Source: Naegleria gruberi
Lineage: Eukaryota
Strand: one strand, 5' to 3'
Assembly: GCA_000004985.1 (NCBI GenBank)
Contig: GG738849.1
DNA: 64,000 nucleotides
Shown: in pieces, positions 1 through 12,917 of the stretch
Numbering within the stretch: position 1 is the first letter of the stretch
Layout of the letters: each line of letters begins with the position of its first letter
Translations under genes and position numbers: made by a program
Notes under the pieces: generated by a model
Told to the model about the DNA's origin: nothing
The model's database searches: none
Seen by the model: the letters and a program-made list of their open reading frames with translations, nothing else

Positions 1-113
1 ATTAACAAAGCACAACAACCTTCCACCACTATTGCATTACCAATTCCGATACTCTTTTAAATTATAGTAAACGTACAAGTGTTGGATCAGGTCTTGACCC
101 AACACTACTTTCC

Positions 114-348
114 TCATGATCCTCCAAAACAATTTGGACCTTGTTTAGGTGGTCCTTTCACTCTTCCAATTGTTTTTCCTCCCGATCCTGAATAACCTCC
201 AGATTGACCACCTTTGGATCCCTTGTTTTGTGGATTGAGTGAAGAGAAGAACAAGACAAGGAAGGATATAAATGCAGCCCACCAATACTTGATGGTTCCT
301 ATCAATCCCCTAGATGATTGAATTTTACCACTACTGTCAATATACATT
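114..348 (-). CDS. Hypothetical small single-pass membrane protein with a Gly-rich tail. Start is assumed at the ATG near 348.
   Basis: ORF track 114..491; first ATG gives ~78 aa containing one hydrophobic helix (WWAAFISFLVLFFSSL) and a GGxSGG tail; no recognisable family. Confidence 0.2.
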
Positions 349-543
349 TTCCGAAGATCAGTTGTTGTATTGATAGTGAAGCGACAAAGAATGATCCCTT
401 GGACAAAATTACGTATTTTTTTTCTATTTTTAAATTTTATTTTTGATTTTAAATTAAACACACATAAAGTTTTGATTAAGAAATTTTGCATTTGTTTTTA
501 TTCTCATAGATTATGATATAAATGTTAATTTTTTGAAAAATAT

Positions 544-3500
544 TTAATTGGTATTGTTGAAATTTCGTTGTAATAAAAGTAAGGAATCATAACTCTTTAC
601 ACTCTTCATGGTGCTAATCTTTTCATTATCTTTTGGAATCTGGAATGGTTTTTGTTGATCTTTGTACAAGGCACTATTTACAGGGAGGGGAGAATAAATA
701 CCCAAATCTTCGCTGTCTCTTCGTGGAGAAAGGAGGAGGGGAGTGAGGCCACTTGTACTACCCTTTCTTTCCTTAAAATGTGGTTGATTTGAATGGTAGA
801 CTTCATTATTTACAGGGCTAGAGCTGGAATTTTCCATTCTCTTTAGGATGAATCGGTGGAATTCATCAACAAATCTTTCCTGTCTTCTATTCTCAATAAC
901 TCTGGTACCACGAGCAAGTTTGACAGCTTCCATAGCTTTGGCAGAGTCTAACAAGAGTGGTTGACGAAGTAATAGTACACAACTAGCAAGAGTACCTGAT
1001 CTTCCCAAACCAGAAACACTCTAAAAATTGTTTGTAAAAATTCAAAGCAAATATACAACATACCACAATTACAACATCTTCACCTTTCTTATCCAATGCT
1101 TCCTTAATCCATTCACACAATAGCAGTGTGTAATTCATTGGAGGAGGATGTCTTTGTTGGACTGGTAACATTCTTGTTTCTATACCCAAATTAGTTGCCT
1201 CTCTCAACAAGTTACCAGAGAGGTGTTCCAATTCGTCTTGTGTACTTAAAACAACGAGCTTTTTAACATTATTCTTTTGTAACACTTTCAAATCATTGAC
1301 CATAACACCACCATGTGAAGGACGACCAGGAATGATTGAGATACCAAGTCTTCCATACTTTTTCTTTTTTGGAGTTGCACCATTTTCTGAGTTTTGAGTA
1401 TTGTTAATTTCTCTCTTTTCAGCTGCTTGTTGATCGAGCATCTTTAAATTAATCCAATCAATGTGGTACTTGTCATTTCTGAATGCCTTTCTTTCAATCT
1501 TTTGAGCCAGAGCACATGCTGTTGCAAGGGCCCAAGCTCTTTGATAAAGAGTTAAAGAGTTCAATGTTGCCATATGAAGAGTGTATCTAAGAAGAACAAT
1601 ATCTAATTGAACTGGGTTACGATCTCCTCGGACCAATCTCTTTGTAATGCTTCTCAATTCAGCAACAGTCTCCCAAGCTCTCTTGAGCTTCTCTGATTTC
1701 AAACCAGGAAGTGTTGGAGGTAATGGTTCAGCCAAGTCTTTGACAGAAACAAGTTCCTTAGTGATTAATAAAGCCTCTTCGAGTTCCTTTTCATTTTCCA
1801 ATACAGTATACTCAAAGAGAACATCAGTCTCAAACTTGACCACATCTTTCAATATGTGAGTTCTCTCTGTATATTCAAAATCTATGAGCCATACATTTTC
1901 ATTGCTGTCTAGAATTACATTTCTTCCATTCAAATCGCCATGTACAAATGAAACGTAGTGGAATGATTTTGCTAAATATCCTTGCTTGATCTTTGGAATG
2001 GAATCTCTCAAAAAGTGTACAATATTCCTCACTCTAAATCCTCCTGGGAATATCAAATACTTTTCTTCACCATGAATTGTTGGCATTGTAACGGTTGAAC
2101 TAGAGCTATTGGTAAATACATTGGTACCATTTGAGGTTGATGTTGCAGAGATGGGTGTTGAGATTTCCTCAACATCCGAAACAGTAGGAGAATTATCTTG
2201 GGTAAGTTTTGGAACTTGTCTTGGCTCAAAGAATGAGCAATCTCTCAGTTCTGCAAACATTTTAAGTGTTCGATCTCGGACAGCATCTGGATTATCTGTT
2301 CCTCCAGTATGCCAGGCCCAGCCCTTTCCATTGAAATCATACGTTTCGAACAAGTCAATTTGTTCCAAAACTGCTGCATCATAGAATCTTCCCAAAACGC
2401 CATAAAAAACTCGATGGAGAACAGATTTGATAGTTTGCATACTTCCTCCACTAATGTACAACTCTCTGAATGAGCCTGCTGATGGTGTCTTGGGTTGCTT
2501 CTTACTTGCAAATGGAGAGAGTGGTGATTTAGGAGAAAGTAAATCTGAATCTGATGAATATTGAAAATCATCCTCAAACATGGAAGCATATGCAAATTTG
2601 ATACCAGCTCTATCTTTCAATTCAGTAAAACCACGAATTTGAGGAGCATTATTACCTAAAATTTCCTCAACCTTTTCAAAATTGACTCTTTCTCTTGTGA
2701 TGGGACCTCTCCTTCCTATTTTCAAAATTGAAGTTGCTTGAACATGTCCCATACTATCCTTTGAGTTGACTTTAAATACCCATGAGCCTGAATACCCTCC
2801 TGAAAGAGGAGTAAACATTACATCAGTGCTATCATGGTACAATAAACAAATAATTTCCTTATCTACATCCGAGATTTTGTTAATATCATCACCCAGAGTT
2901 TTCCAATGAATACATGGAATAATACGATGCTCCTCGATTGACTCGTTTGCATCATCTAGTTCCATATCATTATCAGAGGATGGTATTGACAAGTCAAATG
3001 ATGTTGAAGTGGGAGATGGTGATATTTGTTTGAAGAAAAAGGCTCCACTACTCACAATGGAACTACTAGGAGTCTTTTTCCACCAAAATGGTATCAGCCA
3101 TTCTTGAAAGTCACATAAACTGTAAAATATTGAAACACTAAAGTACCTTTCTAATTGTTGTAAGCTAGCAAAGTGTTGATGTCTGGAACGACTTGCTGTC
3201 AAGGCACTACAAGTACCAAGTATTTGAGCAAACCTTCTATATCTTGTGAAGAGCTCATAAAATAAATATTGAATTGTTGATTCTGTCCATACACCAATAG
3301 CTCCAATTTTAACATTGAGCTTTTTTTGAGTACCATTTGTTAAATTTTCTTGGTCGAGTTGTTTTTGTTTTTTCTGAATTGCGTTCTGTATTTTTTCTTC
3401 TAGATCTGTATTGAAAAATGCATTAACACTTGTAATGTTTACATAGGATTCATTCTCACGATTGGGCACATCTTTATCCAAATTTAATACCAAGTTGGCA

Positions 3501-4825
3501 CCTGATGTTCCCTTAACAGAAAATAACCCATTACAAATATACTTGTCAGGAGAATCATCCTCACTAGTGGAGTCTGTCTTTTTACAAACCAAGTGATCAA
3601 TTTCATTCCAAAAACGAACATGAATTATTTCTAAATGAGCTGATGATTGTCTTCTGGCCCAATTCATAAAGTTTTTCAGTGGACCACTTTTATAATCACT
3701 TCCTAATAAACGTTGGCTTTCAGGTTTGCCAACATGCATAAATGTGCTCGAGTCAAAATCGAGAGAGCCCGAGTAATTTGTTCCCACTTGTTCAGGAAAC
3801 TTTCCTATAAAATCATTTTGTAAACAATTCGTAATTAATATACTAAAATCCTCAATATCCGAATTTTCCAAATTATTGTTATTTGAATTTTGTTCATAGA
3901 TATGTTGTGATTTGGAAGTTGAACTTTCCAACAATGAATTATTGGCCATAATATTATTATTATACCTTGATAAACTTTCCGATAATGAATTATTAACAAA
4001 TTTCAATAGTGATTGATTTGTTATAGTAGCTGCTGTATTACTATTTTTTGAATATTGGTGATGATTGCCTTCTCGTTGCTGTTCTTGTCTACTAGAAAAA
4101 AAGTCTTTTTCACCCATTAACGGCGATTCATTTTTTTGATTCGTTGGTGTTGGTGTGTTGTTATGGTGAACATTCTTGATTGGAGCAGATGTTTGAAAAT
4201 TCAACAAGTTTTCATCTCCGTCCGACATTTGTGTGAGTTGTTTGGAGTTTAATACACAGTATTGGTCCTTCTCACTCAATGAATGAGGAGGATTGAGAAG
4301 AGAAGAAGTATTGAATGATGCTGTTGCTGCGGTAAAATTTGTTAGATTGGAAGAATTAATTGTGCTCTCGAGGTGATTATTTGGTTGTATTGAATGTGGT
4401 TGTTGTTGCTGATTGAACATCCAACGAGTGCCGTGTTGTCTTAAATTAATGCTGCTACTACTATTGCTCTTATTACTTCTTTCCGATGATGAGAGAGATC
4501 GATGATGAAATATATTATTGTGATGAGGTGTTGTTGAGATGGTTGGAGTGAGGCAATCATGATTGTAGTTGTTAGTTGGTGGCAGTGGTTCAGATATTCT
4601 ACGGAAAGAAGGGGAACCATTTGTATGATGATGCTTACTTGGTGATGATGATGATGTTTTAGATTCAACACTTGTGGTAGCAAAGAGTTTTGTTTGTTGT
4701 TCTTTCATGACACTTATTTTCAATGATTCTTTCTGAGCTTTTCCAATACTATGTGTTTGGAAATGATTTATTAGAGATGATGACATTGGATTCTCTTGTG
4801 GTTTCTGTTGATGAAGGTTTTGCAT
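544..4825 (-). CDS. Large low-complexity protein with an aminoglycoside-phosphotransferase/actin-fragmin-kinase-like domain and a C-terminal PTP/DSP-like domain. Two exons, with a putative 43-nt intron at 1021..1063.
   Basis: ORF 983..4825 has a true ATG at 4823-4825. The kinase-like motif is 'FVHGDLNGRNVIL...VWLIDFEYT' (APH/choline-kinase-like Brenner and DFE motifs). The downstream ORF 544..1008 carries a PTP loop 'GLGRSGT' plus 'AVKLARGTRVIENRRQ'. It joins in frame through a GTATGT...TTTTAG intron. The junction predicts 'VVIV|SVSGLGRSGT', a Ser where the catalytic Cys is expected. Confidence 0.55.
1021..1063 (-). other. Putative intron (GTATGT...TTTTAG, 43 nt) joining the kinase-like ORF to the PTP-loop exon.
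   Basis: Minus-strand donor gtatgt at 1063..1058 and acceptor ag at 1022..1021. The frame is preserved (exon 1 phase 0, exon 2 'agt gtt tct ggt ttg gga aga'). Confidence 0.4.
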
Positions 4826-5195
4826 GTTTTTTCTTCTGTTCTAGTAGGTGATGATTCTTCAACTGTTGTTGATCTGGGAAGGAAGTCCTGATTCAACGAT
4901 TGACAGATGAATTTGCAACATTTGTATTATTTATTAATTACAATCTTTATCTTATTTCTGTAAACAATTTCTTAAAGTAGAGTTTCATGTTTCTGATGTA
5001 TTTGAAATCGACTTTACAGTTTAGTTGTTCAACAATTTTCATTTATTGGAAATTATTAAACTAAAACCAAAGCATACTCAAATTTAATTTTCAATTTTTA
5101 TAACTCTTTTAACTAGTTTTATTAAATCATATTACCATATTTTATAACATTTTATTATTAATAAATATTTCTTTTTGAATTCTAACCACAAAAAA
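4826..5195. promoter_or_regulatory. Divergent intergenic region between the APH-kinase-like gene (-) and the DEPDC5 homolog (+).
   Basis: About 370 bp with A/T homopolymer runs ('ttttataactcttttaactagttttattaaatcatattaccatattttataacattttattattaataaatatttctttttg') between two divergent ATGs. Confidence 0.4.
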
Positions 5196-8100
5196 ATGAA
5201 ATTACACAACCGAAGAATTAAACCTGCTGGAAGTGGATTAATTTCAGCCGTGGACAAGAATGCATCCACTGGGAATTTATTGGCACCACCACAACAACAA
5301 AATTCATCAAGGAGTGCTTCACCATCGTCAAACAATGTCGGAGCAGGAAATTTTAATACACCATCATCGAGTTATAGAAAATGTTTATTGATGGTCCATG
5401 AGAAGGATTTTAGTGATCAGGAAATATTAATTAATGGAAAAGCAATTACGTGGCTTCAAATAGGAGATATTTTGGAAATTTCTCAACCAAAGACGCCACC
5501 TTCTAATGAACATAATGCTACTACTTCATCATCACCAGTTTCTTCATCAGTGAATATTAATAGTGCCTCAACACCAATTGATATTTCTGGTGTTGCCACT
5601 CAGAATTATTCGGATTTATCCTTCTCTCCTTTTTCTTCATATAAATCACCAGCAAAAGCATCAACACCACCAACAGGGGCAAGTTTTAAACAAGCACCTT
5701 CAGTGGGGAATGTTACAAGTAATGCACAACAACAACAACCACAACCTAGTTTTACCTCCTCAGCAAGTAATCCAAAGACATTTATTGTAAAAGTAACTTC
5801 TCTAGATGCACAAAAAGGTGTTCCCTATTTGAGCATTTCAAAAAACATTGCAGACGTTTTTGATTTTCAATCGAGAAAGGATGTTTATGTTCGAGTAATA
5901 CCAAAAGAAAGTGCCATGTTGGACTATGCTGTTTTTTCTATTCGGGATCACTTTCTTTCCAGATCAGATATGTGGAGATTTGGATTATATTTGAATGATA
6001 CTAGTGTTTATGAATCAAAAACTTTAACATGGCATGGTGGTATCAGAGTCCAAGTAAAGGAACTCATGAAAGAAACAACTGGAAAAGTGTCATCAGGAAT
6101 AATAGTTTATGGTCATACCAAGATAACATATCGTTCAAATTCAGCTGTAATATATTGGTTATTCCAAATGAGTAGAGAAATGTGGGAATATGACGAGTAT
6201 GGTAACTTGATTTTTGAAAGAGTTATTAATGGATTTATTAAAACAGTTTTTGATAGATGGAGAGAAGTTGGTGTTAACCACTCACTATCAATAGTATTCT
6301 TTTCGAGACACTACATAACAGAAGAGGACAAGGATAATTTTGAAGAGACGAGAAATGAAGAGGATCATATGGCATCCTTAGGAAATAGAACAAATATTAA
6401 TCATTCTATTATTGGATCTAAAGATGGAAAACGATATGTAGATTTTTACAAAGTAGTTGATTGTACTGAAACTCAAAGAATACGATCACAAGAAATCAGA
6501 ATTCTTTTAAAGAAGGAATTTTTAGAATTTGAAAATATGGTAAAAGGTATAGCAGAAAAGGAAAGAGTAGTATTGCAAAATTCATCGGCAGCAGATAGTA
6601 ATTTTATGGAAGCTATTAATTTAGTTTTAAACAGTTATGACAAGTATTACATTAATCGTGATCTTACTAGAACAGGCCAAGTTATTCTTTTGGTATCACC
6701 AGGTAGTGGAATGTTTGATGTACAAATACCAGTTTTGGGTAAGATTACTACCAAAAGGTTGATGGATGTTGGTTTATCAGTTGACCTTATTGCCCATTCT
6801 GTTCCCCCACTTCACTCGGTACCTATTTTCAGGTATAAAAAGAAAGAAGTTGGAGTTTCTAATAACCAAGAATCACCTCATTTGAAGGAATATACATATT
6901 ATAGATCTCCTGATTGGATCAATATTACATTTTACAGAGAAAATTATTTCAAGAATGATATTTGTATAGATCATGAGGATTGTGAATGCACAGATAGCGC
7001 CAGTAATCTCTTCCTCCCAGTTTCTAAAATGCCTAATTTAGAAACGCTTCCAACCAACATTCCACTATTTGAAAAATACTGGACTAACTTTAATTCAATT
7101 AATAGCAATTCTCATCATACCAATAACTCGAGTGGAAGTATTGCAGAATTGTGTCGTCAACATGATGAACAAGTTTTCAAAATCTTCCAACAATCTCGTC
7201 AAACCTCCCACTACCAAACATCTTCCCTTTCCAATATTTCCCACATATCTAAAAAGACAAGCCTCTCATCACACGACCTTATTCATGGAACACCAACAAA
7301 GCAGAGAGAGGAAAGGTCCATAATTTCCGACTCGAGTCCAAAGAATCCCCACATTATCAATCACCACCTGGAAGAATTGAAACAATCTGAACACATTTCA
7401 GGACTGCCCAGCAGTGGTAGCAGTGTTGGATTTGAATCATCTTTTGATACCAATCATCAGAATGACTTCAATGGATCAACACCAAGTAATAATGCATCTA
7501 CAAATACTCCTCAACACGGAGGTTCTCATTCAACTCATCATCTTCCAATCACTCATAATTCTGCCAGTTCAATGGTAAATATGGGCAGTGCAAATAGTGG
7601 TGTTCTGCGACGTTCACCACATTCTGGAACACCATTCATGGCTGAACTAGCTGAAAGACACAAGGCCAAAGAATTGTTCTACATGAAACTGTTCAATCCA
7701 TTCCATATGGATTCCGAAACCTTATCAAGCCCAGGCTCACTTCAAAACAACAATCAACAAAACACTTTCCACAGAAAGAGATGGGGTCACTTACATCCAA
7801 GTTCAGGTCTCAGACCAACCCAAAAATCAGAATATATCAAACATTTTCTTCTCAATGTTAACTGGCAAGGTGTTTCAGAACCTGCCTGTTTACCAATTAC
7901 CACAGATTATTGGCCTGAGTCTGCCCTTAAGATTTTGAATGATTTTGATTTGCACACACATACCATTACTGATACCAATAATATTTACAAAAGTATTTCA
8001 ACCCTTGTGAGAGAATTAGTTTGTCAAAGATTACATCAAGGTTTCCAATTATTTAATGATGATTTACCCAAAGATCCTCTCAGTAACCAACCAATTATAA

Positions 8101-9792
8101 TAACACCTTTGCCAACTCGTAATGATGATACAGATAATACTTCTTCTTCACTGCGATAACACTGAAAAGTCTGATGCATCCAATAATATGGAAGCTGATA
8201 ATATTTCAACTATATCCACTGGATCAAACAATTCTGAACTCTCAACTCAATCAAAGAGAGGAAGAGGAGGAAGAGCTCTCAGAGGAGGAAGAGGTGTCAA
8301 TGCTGCTGCAATGAGAAGAAGGCCACCAACAACCAATACTTCTAACAGCACATCAGAAACAACAGTAACACACGAATCTTCATCAAAACAAAAGGTAAAA
8401 CCTCAAAAGATGGAATATTGTCTTTCTTCAGCAAATCAATTCCACAAAATAACCTACAATCCAAATATTTCCAACATGGTTACAATTGATCGTTATGTTC
8501 CTAAGGTTGCTAAAAGTGCAGACAAACCATCATCAACTACAAGTAGTGGAACCAATAGCTCATCCAATAATAGTTCCTCTACAACACTAGTCAATGATGC
8601 TGATCCATTTAATAATGCTAGATCCACTTACACTTATAGATACATGCTTTGGAATCCAACTTTGAAGAGCTATGAATCCAGAGTTACCAGATTCAATTCA
8701 GCAGTTGACTATAATTGGAATAAGTTGGATTACTTGATTTGTGGTGATCACAATCAAATGACAGACGAACTGCACAACAGATCCCTTCAATTCCACATTG
8801 TGCCAATCAACAACTCTAACAAGAACTTGTTTGCCTCTCAAACTCAATTATTTGGAGCTTTCAATAATAATTCTAGTTTACAGGTGCTTGGTGGTTCTAA
8901 CAACAATTCTAGTAGTGATTTATTCTCACAAGCTTCTAACAGCTCTAATGAATACACCAAGAGATTGGAAAACTTTAAGAAATTTAAAGATGCAATTGTA
9001 AATAGGTCATTTAGGGGAATGGATGGAGATAATGTTGATGTTTCACTTATTGGAGATGAGAGCTCAACTAACCAAATACCATCCAACAGCTCTGCTAAAA
9101 CAGCCAAACTTCAATTTGTCCCACAAGAAGGAGGAATTGATGACAACAGTCGTGTGGAGTGGTTAAATATTGTATATAAGGCATCTTACCATCCTGCAGA
9201 ATTTTGGTCGTTTAAGGTACAATGGCTTGTCTGTACAGCTGCCCTCATTGATGAATTTTTACAGACATTGGCCAGAAGAGCCAGGCAATTAGGATTTGCA
9301 ATGATTCAAACTCCAGCTGAAATTGATAGCTATACAAACTTTGTTCATGCCTCAAAACAAGCTGCAGATAGATTGTTACATGGCAATTATAAAACAGGAG
9401 GTCTAGATCCATTGGAGAATGTACATCCTTTCAGAAGTTATGTCAGAATACCAATTACCTCAATAGAGGCAATGTATTCTATTAGAAATGCCATTTGTGA
9501 ACCTCCTCTTAATTTTATTCCAGACTCTTTCCACAGAAAGAATTCAAAGAGATTTATTCACATCAGTGGTTGCATTATTTTACATATTGATGCTATTAAG
9601 GGCTCTGATACTGCCCTAATTACTTGGATAGACAATCCATTCCAAACTTTTGATTTGAATGTTGCCAATTCAGTCGACCAAAATGATATACTCAACACTT
9701 TGAGAAAACTTGTATTCTCGGAGGCATCAGGAGCAGGCAAGTTCACTTTACAACTAACTCCTGGAAGTAATCCTTTTGAATATTCCCAATAG
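5196..9792 (+). CDS. DEPDC5/Iml1 homolog (GATOR1 subunit). The coding sequence is split into two overlapping ORFs (5175..8159 frame 0 and 8122..9792 frame +1), implying a short intron or a 1-nt frameshift near 8119..8195.
   Basis: The N-terminal region aligns by eye with the human DEPDC5 Iml1 domain ('DMWRFGLYL...VIYWLFQMSREMWEYDEYGNLIFERVINGFIKTVFDRW...SIVFFSRHY' vs 'GDMWRLKKS...[35 protein letters not shown]...VVLFSRTFY'). Total length of about 1530 aa matches DEPDC5. A GTAATG...GGAAG candidate intron (8119..8194, 76 nt) would restore the frame but is not AT-rich. Confidence 0.6.
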
Positions 9793-9852
9793 TGCAATGA
9801 CTCAATTTCTCAAGTTGTACAACTATTCAAGAATAAATACGAAATAAATTAT

Positions 9853-12459
9853 TTATTTTCTTTTGTGTTTTCTTTCTGAGACTTGTTGGAATGCAAAATT
9901 ACTATCTTCCCAATCTTCTGGATTTTGCTTCTTTCTTATCTTTTTAGTTTTACCAGCATCTAATGCTCTATCATATTCATCCCTCCCAAAGACTTTTGGT
10001 GCAATAACTTTTTCATTGAAAATCTTTTGTTGCTTTGCCTTTTCTTGAGTTTCCTCATCATCCCAAACATCTACATCCTCAGAGTATTGAGAGCTAGCAC
10101 CCTTAAAGAGTTGATTGGCAGATATCTTGACGGATTGTGTTGTTGGCTCTTCAGATGTTTCATTATCGCTGCCTGATTGATCTGATTCATAGTCATCGAA
10201 CTTTCTCTTTTGACCCTTCTTTTCAAAGACATCTGTTTTAGTTTGACTTGGCGAGAATATTGGAGAATCAGAAGTGTAATTATCGAGAGAGAATGGATTT
10301 TGTGGTTTTCCATCGTCTCCATTTAAAGTTTTGATCGGCGTAGAAGGAACATTAACTCGAAATAATTTTTCAGTAGAAACGATATTCTTCTTAAGACCAT
10401 CCAAGTGATTCTTATTGACCCACATTGCTTCAATATTAGATGAAGAGGAAGAAGAGAGAGTAATTGGTGAGAGCAAACCTCCAACACCTCTCATAATATT
10501 GATAGGTGGAACTGATCTCATAGATTTAAGGACTTGAAGTTTTTGAGGTGTCAACTTTTCAAGAATATCAATTCTAATTGGAGCATAGAAAGGACTTGGT
10601 GGTTCTAGTTTTGAAGGAGGTGTAGTAAGCTTGGCAGATGTTGAGGTAGTCTTAGGAATGGAAAGGTTTGTTGGTTTCTTTGAATCGCTAGCTTTTTCTT
10701 CATTGGTCGTGGCAGATGTATTATTTGTATCGATAATTGTGGTAGTAGTACTAGTTGGTTGTTTAGATTGGTTTGATTGTTTTTTACGAATGACTGATTC
10801 TTTTTCATCGTCATCTTCCATCTTGTCATCAGATGAGCCTGTTGCTGGACTGGATGATGTTGAGCTTGGTGATTGAATTTCTTGCCACTTTTTGACAGAT
10901 TCCTTGAAAATTGCAGTACACTTATCAGACTTGAAATCATCCATATTTCTCGAGTAAAATAACATGTAAGCTTGTTGACCAAGTGCTGTATTTTGACTGA
11001 CTTGAGTGACAGAACTATCATCCATTCTATACCAAATACCATTACTATTTTTCACAAATGAGTAATAGTGACCAGAACTAGAGGACCCTCCAGAGTGTAC
11101 AAGAACACCATATAAACTGTAACGAGCAACAGTATTCTTATTGCTCATGTATGGGGAAATATCGAGGGTGTCTTCGTATGAAATCTTTTTGCTAACCTTC
11201 TTTCCGAAAATGTTAAAACGTTTGAGTTGGAGAATTAAATTAATTGGAGCCTCGTGAATTGTAAGCTTTTTAGAAGCTGTGACATAGGTATTAGTTTTTG
11301 GACACTTGTACTTGTTCTTTCCATCCAATCTGTCAGGAGTAATATAATTTTGGAATGATTTTTCAACTGATGTACAATTATTGAGTTGAAGTTCAATATC
11401 AATAAATGCGTCATACTTGTTGGAAATGTAATTTGTTTCCATAGTCTTAATTTGGCTTCTCAAATAGCCACCAAAAACTTGATGAACAGGATTAGTTTCC
11501 AATACTATATTATCCATCTTTCCCTTATATTTCTCTACGATAGCATTCTCCATCTTGTCAAGTAATTGAACAATAAACTCGTGTGCATCTTCTTGATACC
11601 CCAAAACAAATCCACCAATACCTTTCAAATGTTTGGCAATAAAACCAGGAGAAACAACATTAGATCTTGAAGATCTACCAGAAGATGTTTCATTTCCTAA
11701 AAACATTTCTCTTGCAAGGAGTGACATGGCATCAAGTGCATTGAACTTTTTCGATTGTTCTCCAATCTTTCTAGAAAGTAAAAAGTTTCTCAAAGCAGGT
11801 GTGTACATCAAGCATTGAAGTGCAGCATTCATGAAACAAGTATTTCCAAGATTTTGTAAACCAGGTCCAATCTTTTTAATTTCTGTCCAACTATTCAAAG
11901 AAATAATCTTTTCACGAGGAATGAGGAACATATTTGGAGGATCCAATTCCTTGTTATGTTCAATATCATCACCCTTTTTTGCTTCTGGTGTTGCAGATGA
12001 TGATGTTGATGATTTTGATGTGTGCTTTTCTGAATTTTCTTTTGAATTATCTGCTTGGTGGTCATAAACAAAAACATTCGTGGAAGTGCCATTAATTGGT
12101 TTCATCTTTGAAAAAACATTTTCATAATTGTCAGGAAGTTGTGCCTTCACAAATGAAATTCGTTGTTCAATTATCTCCGATGATCCTTTTAATAGTGCTT
12201 TTAATTGTTCATTATTTTCAATATCATCATCACCTTCTGTGTCTTTTTGATATCTTTTAACTTCTCTTTCATCCTCACTATCATCAGAAACTTCTCCTTT
12301 TCTACTACCATTCTTTGTAAAGACTCGTTTTCTTTTAGTTTCCTCCGAGCTATTGTTGTGGTTGCCATTCAATGTTGTTTCTTGTTGTTGCTGGCTGGCC
12401 CGTTTGAACATCTTTCTTGGCTGATGTTTTCCCGCTGCGTTAGGTGCTCGACCGCTCAT
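9853..12459 (-). CDS. Ubiquitin carboxyl-terminal hydrolase (USP/UBP family deubiquitinase).
   Basis: Cys box 'GLQNLGNTCFMNAALQCL' and His box 'GHYYSFVKNSNGIWYRMDDSSV'; true ATG at 12457-12459; single 868-aa ORF. Confidence 0.8.
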   Translation of the reverse strand: MSGRAPNAAGKHQPRKMFKRASQQQQETTLNGNHNNSSEETKRKRVFTKNGSRKGEVSDDSEDEREVKRYQKDTEGDDDIENNEQLKALLKGSSEIIEQRISFVKAQLPDNYENVFSKMKPINGTSTNVFVYDHQADNSKENSEKHTSKSSTSSSATPEAKKGDDIEHNKELDPPNMFLIPREKIISLNSWTEIKKIGPGLQNLGNTCFMNAALQCLMYTPALRNFLLSRKIGEQSKKFNALDAMSLLAREMFLGNETSSGRSSRSNVVSPGFIAKHLKGIGGFVLGYQEDAHEFIVQLLDKMENAIVEKYKGKMDNIVLETNPVHQVFGGYLRSQIKTMETNYISNKYDAFIDIELQLNNCTSVEKSFQNYITPDRLDGKNKYKCPKTNTYVTASKKLTIHEAPINLILQLKRFNIFGKKVSKKISYEDTLDISPYMSNKNTVARYSLYGVLVHSGGSSSSGHYYSFVKNSNGIWYRMDDSSVTQVSQNTALGQQAYMLFYSRNMDDFKSDKCTAIFKESVKKWQEIQSPSSTSSSPATGSSDDKMEDDDEKESVIRKKQSNQSKQPTSTTTTIIDTNNTSATTNEEKASDSKKPTNLSIPKTTSTSAKLTTPPSKLEPPSPFYAPIRIDILEKLTPQKLQVLKSMRSVPPINIMRGVGGLLSPITLSSSSSSNIEAMWVNKNHLDGLKKNIVSTEKLFRVNVPSTPIKTLNGDDGKPQNPFSLDNYTSDSPIFSPSQTKTDVFEKKGQKRKFDDYESDQSGSDNETSEEPTTQSVKISANQLFKGASSQYSEDVDVWDDEETQEKAKQQKIFNEKVIAPKVFGRDEYDRALDAGKTKKIRKKQNPEDWEDSNFAFQQVSERKHKRK

Positions 12460-12917
12460 TTTTTTGGCTTCAACTCAATAACAAAGATGAAAGAGTTTCA
12501 ATTGAGTTTCAATCCAATAATGAGAATGTTGCTGTATTGTTTGGATGATATTATCTAGGGTAATATTCTGAATTCAGGATAACAATTAGTAAAAAAATAA
12601 CATGAACTAATTTTTATATTTAAAAGCATGATAAATTATTTCAATGAATAGAAGAAGAATTATTTTTCATGTTAACCTTAAGCCAAATTCATATTCCTTC
12701 TAATAATTTCAAGTATAGCTTTCTATCCTTGTAATCAATCAGTCACTTTTTATCTCGAATGGAACATCTCTCAATCTCAATCTATTGAAATGTCTCTTCA
12801 ATCCAACACACTGCAATGTAAGATTGTGACTGCTTGCTGAGTTTTGCTCGTAGTAAAACACCAAGAAGCATCCAAAAAATCGTAGTGGCCATTTTAGTGC
12901 TATCAAAACCTAAAAAA
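12460..12917. promoter_or_regulatory. Divergent intergenic region between the USP deubiquitinase (-) and pkaR (+).
   Basis: About 460 bp AT-rich spacer flanked by true ATGs at 12459 (minus strand) and 12918 (plus strand). Confidence 0.4.

Noticed and set aside
1647-2595. Small ORFs antisense to or within the kinase-like gene (1647..1859, 2109..2384, 2245..2595)
   Set aside because: They lie entirely inside the 1280-aa ORF on the opposite strand or in alternative frames, with low-complexity translations. This is typical of spurious ORFs in AT-rich coding DNA.
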